Assembly (NCBI GenBank): GCA_045106895.1 | Contig: JBGCFM010000231.1 | Coordinates: 1-11,240, forward strand | Direction: 5' to 3' | DNA from: Polyangiales bacterium | GTDB lineage: Bacteria > Myxococcota_A > Polyangia > Polyangiales > Houyiibacteriaceae | DNA: 11,240 bases | Shown here: positions 7,233-11,240 of the stretch, one piece after another | Position numbering within the stretch: the stretch's first letter is position 1 | How the letters are laid out: each line of letters starts with the position of its first letter | Notes under the pieces: generated by a model | The model's input: only the letters and a program-made list of their open reading frames with translations | What the model was told of the DNA's origin: nothing | Database searches by the model: none | Translations under genes and position numbers: made by a program

Positions 7233-8219
7233 ATGTTCAAACGCACCCTCATCGCCGCTGTCTCCGCTTCGCTTTTCGTTTTCGCCTGTGGCGGCGAAGA
7301 AGAGGCTCCCGAAGAATCGTCCGCTCCCATCATGGGCTTGATGGAGTTCCCCATCTCCCACCGACTGACGCCGAACAGCCCGAATGGCGCGATTCGCATC
7401 GAAGTCAGCCCAACGCTCATGCGCTTGGACGGACGGACCATCTTGGAGATCGACAGCGGGCGCATCCCCGATGAGGCACGCGCCGGCGACATCATCTCGG
7501 CGCTCCAGACCGGGATCGACGGCGGCCCTGCTCGACGCGCGGCGGAGCTCTCCCTCCACGCGAACACTCCCTACATCACCACAGCGTTGATCGTCGCCAC
7601 GCTCAAGGCGGCAAACGTGAGCCAGCTCGCCTTCGCCGTTCGCACCGTCGGCGAGCCCAACGCTGGGTATCTCGTCATCGACGACTTCGAGACACGTGAG
7701 GAAGCCACTGAGCTCTACGAGTTTCCAGCCACGCACATGCCCGCGTGGGGCAACGTCGCGACGCACTGGGAGACGATGTACACGGCATGCCGCGAGAACC
7801 ACTACGTGGACTGCGCGTTCAAACCCCAGACCATCGCCGAAGGCGGACAGACCCACATCACGCTCTTCGCGCGAGGCAACGGCGTGAAGATCGAGCTTCA
7901 TCGCGTCGGCGAGCCCGTCGTCGTGGCACCCACGGAAGGCCCCGAGATGATCGAAGGTGTCGGCACCGCCGTCGACCAGGCCATCGCCGAAGCGCCGCCC
8001 GCGGAGCAGGCGGCCTTCACCTGGCGCTACAACGCGACGACGGACGCCGAGTCCCCTGTCTCGGGAACCATGCGGCCCCTCTGTGGTGCCGCCAACTGCG
8101 GCGTGCTCCTCACCGCCGAGGCCCTGACGCCGACGATGCGAATCCTTAGTTTCATCGGCGCAGCGTTTCCAACGGGAACGGACGCGCCAAAGGTCGTCTT
8201 CCAGGTCCCTACGCGCTAG
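7233..8219 (+). CDS. Lipoprotein with ExbD/TolR periplasmic-domain-like region(s)
   Basis: Start reassigned to ATG 7233: MFKRTLIAAVSASLFVFA-C19 lipobox. 'AELSLHANTPYITTALIVATLKAANVSQLAFAV' resembles the ExbD C-terminal fold pattern; the domain call is tentative. Confidence 0.75.
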   Translation: MFKRTLIAAVSASLFVFACGGEEEAPEESSAPIMGLMEFPISHRLTPNSPNGAIRIEVSPTLMRLDGRTILEIDSGRIPDEARAGDIISALQTGIDGGPARRAAELSLHANTPYITTALIVATLKAANVSQLAFAVRTVGEPNAGYLVIDDFETREEATELYEFPATHMPAWGNVATHWETMYTACRENHYVDCAFKPQTIAEGGQTHITLFARGNGVKIELHRVGEPVVVAPTEGPEMIEGVGTAVDQAIAEAPPAEQAAFTWRYNATTDAESPVSGTMRPLCGAANCGVLLTAEALTPTMRILSFIGAAFPTGTDAPKVVFQVPTR

Positions 8220-8279
8220 CGCGCGATGCCGAGGGATCGAGTGGGAAAGCGAATCGGCCCACGTCCACGGGGTGAGCGG

Positions 8280-8308
8280 TTGATCGTTGGGCCAACACCG
8301 AGTAACCC
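8280..8308 (+). promoter_or_regulatory. Sigma70-like promoter TTGATC-N17-TAACCC, 6 nt before cyclophilin ATG (leaderless)
   Basis: TTGATC 8280-8285, 17-nt spacer, TAACCC 8303-8308, ATG 8315; no SD. Confidence 0.5.
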
Positions 8309-8314
8309 GCCCCT

Positions 8315-8824
8315 ATGACCAATCCCATCGCTACTTTCGAGACCTCACTTGGTTCGTTCAAGGCCGAGATCTTCGTCGACAAGATGCCCATCACCGGCGG
8401 CAACTTCGTCAAGCTCGTCAACGACGGCTTCTACAACGGACTTCACTTTCATCGCGTCATCGCGAACTTCATGAACCAGTTCGGCTGTCCTCACAGCAAG
8501 GACCCAAACAGCCGCCGCGCCGGCACCGGCGACTCCCCTTACGGCGCCATCAAGGACGAGCACCCCGCCGACCTGAAGCTGTCCAACGAAGTCGGCACGC
8601 TCTCCATGGCGAACGCCGGCCCGAACTCCGGCTCGTGCCAGTTCTTCATCAACGCCGCGCACAACCACTACCTCGACTACTTCACCGGCGGCCAGTCCAA
8701 GCACCCCGTGTTCGGCAAGGTCACCGAAGGAATGGACGTCGTGACGAAGATCAACACCACGCCTACCGGCGCCGGTGACCGCCCCGTGACGCCCGTGCAG
8801 ATGATCTCCATCACCATCAGCTGA
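8315..8824 (+). CDS. Cyclophilin-type peptidyl-prolyl cis-trans isomerase (cytoplasmic)
   Basis: Motifs 'P.T..NFV.L...[16 protein letters not shown]', '[18 protein letters not shown]', '[15 protein letters not shown]', 'DRP..PV'. Confidence 0.97.
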   Translation: MTNPIATFETSLGSFKAEIFVDKMPITGGNFVKLVNDGFYNGLHFHRVIANFMNQFGCPHSKDPNSRRAGTGDSPYGAIKDEHPADLKLSNEVGTLSMANAGPNSGSCQFFINAAHNHYLDYFTGGQSKHPVFGKVTEGMDVVTKINTTPTGAGDRPVTPVQMISITIS

Positions 8825-8844
8825 ACGCTCTTCGTTTCCAAAAC

Positions 8845-8886
8845 GCTCCCTCGCCTCGTGGTCTCCGCGGGCAAGGGAGCTTTTTT
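8845..8886 (+). terminator. Rho-independent terminator after cyclophilin
   Basis: gctccct...cgtgg-tct-ccgcg...agggagc hairpin (8845-8880) followed by T6. Confidence 0.8.
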
Positions 8887-9123
8887 GTGGGCGAGCCACG
8901 AAGCGCGCCGGCGTCTTCGCCCTAGCCGTCGCGCCAACGCCGTCGTCGGCACGGGCGCACGAGGGGAATATGTTCGTCCTCTTCAACGCGATCCGCTTCC
9001 GCCACGCCGAGCAGAAGGGTCCGATTTGGCGGCTCGCGTCAAGAAGCGCCAAAAACCTCGCGGGAGCGACCTCGACTCTCTAAGCTGCCTTGATAGGTGG
9101 TATTGACGCCGGTGGAGGAATGA

Positions 9124-9513
9124 GTGGAGCCGTACTTTGGCGAACATGACGAGGGTACATTGCGTATGGAGATGCCCCAGCCGGGCATCTTCTTCAGCGA
9201 GTGCCTGGGCTACATGCGCGGCGAAGATGCGAAGGCTTTCGTCAAGTATGGCCAGGCGATCATCGACGACCATGGCAGCCTGCGGGGCTTCCACGATTGG
9301 ACCGCGGTCATGGGCTACACCAACGAGGCGCGGCTCGTGACCACCGAGTGGACCGTGCGAAACGCGGGTCGCCTCACCGAGGTTCACATCGCGCTCTCCT
9401 CCACGATTGTGCGAATGGCCGTCGCCGTCGCGAATATTGGCTTGCGGGGGAAGATCACGATCCACGATACGCTCCCTTCGCTTGAAGCGGCCCAGCGCCT
9501 TCACATGCGTTGA
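9124..9513 (+). CDS. Small STAS/SEC14 (SpoIIAA-like) domain protein
   Basis: GTG start with SD GGAGGA at 9114-9119. Pattern 'FHDW..V.GY..EAR...TEW.......EVHI..SS.IVRMAVAVANI.L' resembles the myxobacterial STAS/SEC14-like family; this is pattern recognition, not a search result. Confidence 0.72.
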   Translation: MEPYFGEHDEGTLRMEMPQPGIFFSECLGYMRGEDAKAFVKYGQAIIDDHGSLRGFHDWTAVMGYTNEARLVTTEWTVRNAGRLTEVHIALSSTIVRMAVAVANIGLRGKITIHDTLPSLEAAQRLHMR

Positions 9514-9571
9514 CGCCGCCGTCACTCCCTCAGCGCGTAGACCACGTAGCGGTACCTGGAACACCTCGGTT

Positions 9572-9600
9572 TTGAAACGCGACTGAAAAGCCGCTACGCT
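9572..9600 (+). promoter_or_regulatory. Sigma70-like promoter TTGAAA-N17-TACGCT upstream of the 9663 gene
   Basis: TTGAAA 9572-9577, 17-nt spacer, TACGCT 9595-9600 (same -10 hexamer as at 4076). Confidence 0.6.
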
Positions 9601-9662
9601 CCAAGAGAACCAAGCAGGTCTACCTGCGCCGGTGTTGCCCGCCGGACCCAAGTTGGCATCCC

Positions 9663-11120
9663 ATGTCTCTTCAAAATCCTGGCGCCCTTCGACTGCGCTG
9701 GACCGACGCTCTTCTCGACAACCTTGACCAGGGCGATACCCGCTGCTTAGCGCTGCTGGATCACCTCGCGCACCCCGACCGCCAACGGGCCATCGAACGG
9801 CGCATCATCGCAGCGGATTCTGACGCTACGGCTCTGAGCCTCGCCCACTCTCTGGCGGAACGCGGCATGACTCCCTCGTCCCGCGCCATCGAACGTGTTC
9901 TCTCGGTGAATCACGGCATGTTGGCTCGCGCGCTCCGCGCATGCCAAGCGTACGGCCCAGACGTCCAAGAATACGTGGCGCGTCTGCCCGCCGAGGATGC
10001 GCGTCGCTTGTTGCTCTTCGACGCACATGCCGCCCGGCCCCTCACCCAAGCGCACCGCGAGTGGGTCTACGAACGCGCGCTTGCGACGCGCTTCGAGTAC
10101 GGCGGGCAGCGTGACTCCTGGCTCATCGTTTCGACGCTCGACTTCGAGACGTCACAAGAAACGTTTGATGCGGATCTCGACAGTGACAGTCTATCGTCGC
10201 TCCCAGACCTGCCTGAATCGCGCGCGTGGCTGAAGACACAGCCCGCGCTTGTTGAACGTGCACTCGCACAGCTCAGCGCCCCTCATTGGCTCTTTGCGGA
10301 ACAGCCCGTCGCTGAACGTGAGCGCGCCGTCGCAGACGCCCTTGCGTCAGACCACGCCCCAACATTTGGCCGAGCCATCCCTTCCCTACTCCGCCTTCCG
10401 AACGCAGCGAGGCTCTGCGACGAAGCGCTCGCCAGCGAAAGCGTGCGCCACCGCCGACTGACGCTCTCCGGCGCGCGCATTCGCTTCGACCCGCCCTGCG
10501 ACTTCGCAGGCCTGGAGCGCGACGGAATCTTCTCCGCGTTCGTCGGTAGCCTCGGCGGCGGCTCCACCAATCCCTCTGGAAGCGAAGCGTTTACCTTGTG
10601 GGCGCTCGACCAAGACGTCTACTTCCGAGACGCGTTCATCTCGCGCGCCGAGCGTGGGCACTCACTACGCGCCGAGGACATCGCAAAGGCCGCGGCGGGC
10701 GACGAACTTCTACAAACCGCTCTCCTCGGACTCCAAGCCAAAGACAGCCCAGACGCTGCAGCGAAGCTCGAAGTGCGAGCGCGAAATGCGGGGCACGTCG
10801 TTCTTCGTGCGGAAGCACTCCGCGCGCTCCGAAACGCCGACCCGAAGCGCGCCTCACAAGTCGCCATCGAGCGCATCACCAGCGACCTTGAAGAAGTGGA
10901 GGTCTACGCGCCCTTCATGACCGAGGCTGCTGTCTGCCTCACCCCCGACAACGCCGCAGGCCTCGACGGGGAAGCATGCGTAGCAGCACTGATCCAGGCC
11001 TTTATCGAAGCGCCCTCGAGCGACGCTGCACAAATCATCGGCATGGCGATTCAGTCATGGTTTGGAGAAGGCTTGAAGAGTTGCGGCCGGCCCTGGACCC
11101 GTTACTGGCGACCGAGCTAG
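9663..11120 (+). CDS. Hypothetical Ala/Leu/Arg-rich helical protein, possible HEAT-like repeats
   Basis: 485-aa ORF between a promoter-like site and a terminator; HEAT-like 'HVVLRAEALRALRNADPKRASQVAIERI'; no catalytic motif recognised; start uncertain. Confidence 0.7.
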   Translation: MSLQNPGALRLRWTDALLDNLDQGDTRCLALLDHLAHPDRQRAIERRIIAADSDATALSLAHSLAERGMTPSSRAIERVLSVNHGMLARALRACQAYGPDVQEYVARLPAEDARRLLLFDAHAARPLTQAHREWVYERALATRFEYGGQRDSWLIVSTLDFETSQETFDADLDSDSLSSLPDLPESRAWLKTQPALVERALAQLSAPHWLFAEQPVAERERAVADALASDHAPTFGRAIPSLLRLPNAARLCDEALASESVRHRRLTLSGARIRFDPPCDFAGLERDGIFSAFVGSLGGGSTNPSGSEAFTLWALDQDVYFRDAFISRAERGHSLRAEDIAKAAAGDELLQTALLGLQAKDSPDAAAKLEVRARNAGHVVLRAEALRALRNADPKRASQVAIERITSDLEEVEVYAPFMTEAAVCLTPDNAAGLDGEACVAALIQAFIEAPSSDAAQIIGMAIQSWFGEGLKSCGRPWTRYWRPS

Positions 11121-11129
11121 CTCGGTCCC

Positions 11130-11166
11130 AAAAGAAAACGCCGAGGAGATGACTCCTCGGCGTTTC
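11130..11166. terminator. Probable bidirectional intrinsic terminator (stronger for the minus strand)
   Basis: Perfect 13-bp stem aaacgccgaggag (11136-11148) / ctcctcggcgttt (11153-11165), loop atga; A-rich run on the left reads as a T-tract on the minus strand. Confidence 0.85.
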
Positions 11167-11192
11167 GCTTGAGCGCTCATAAGACAGAAGCG

Positions 11193-11240
11193 CTAGTGGG
11201 AGCCCTTCTTGGGACGCAACTGCTTCCCCTCGTTCAAATG
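11193..11240 (-). CDS. Possible 3' end of a convergent gene (…HLNEGKQLRPKKGSH*)
   Basis: Open minus-strand frame from the window edge to TAG at 11195-11193, just upstream of a minus-oriented terminator. Only 15 codons are visible. Confidence 0.35.
   Translation of the reverse strand, partial: HLNEGKQLRPKKGSH

Noticed and set aside
9533..9629. Hammerhead, 6S or SRP identity for the structured element
   Set aside because: CTGA and GAAA are in the wrong order or spacing for a hammerhead, there is no two-sided central bubble or sufficient length for 6S, and no SRP consensus loop.
883..9651. Long antisense and alternative-frame ORFs (e.g. 883-1785-, 3052-4176-, 6046-6744-, 7155-7901-, 8345-9052-, 8983-9651-, 879-1568+)
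   Set aside because: They shadow well-supported + strand genes, which is expected in high-GC DNA, and carry no recognisable motifs.
11196..11225. GGGACGCAA resembling part of the c-di-GMP-I riboswitch
   Set aside because: It lacks the GCAAACC/GAAA P2 elements, and probably lies in the end of a minus-strand CDS.
1..11240. CRISPR array, transposase/integrase, tRNA/rRNA, known defence genes
   Set aside because: No regularly spaced repeats, recombinase or nuclease motifs, or cloverleaf patterns were seen.

Overview
GC-rich bacterial chromosomal window (roughly 65% GC by eye). Gene content and lipoprotein style suggest Myxococcota/Polyangiales, which is an inference. Thirteen genes lie on the + strand: the 3' part of argS, a Fes-like esterase, a K/A/E-rich helical protein, a multi-SH3b lipoprotein with a Pro/Thr tail, a run of four redox-type genes (diheme cytochrome c lipoprotein, 7Fe ferredoxin, DoxX, Tat-lipoprotein HiPIP), a class I/II aminotransferase, an ExbD-like lipoprotein, a cyclophilin, a STAS/SEC14-like protein and a HEAT-like hypothetical. 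A convergent minus-strand gene may end at the right edge. No mobile element, CRISPR array, tRNA or rRNA is visible. The most notable signals are: (1) seven SD-less genes with a TA-led -10-like hexamer 6-7 nt before the ATG, suggesting widespread leaderless transcription; (2) the cytochrome c/ferredoxin/DoxX/HiPIP cluster; (3) nested GTAG...CTAC inverted repeats wrapped around a sigma70-like promoter at 9533-9629.
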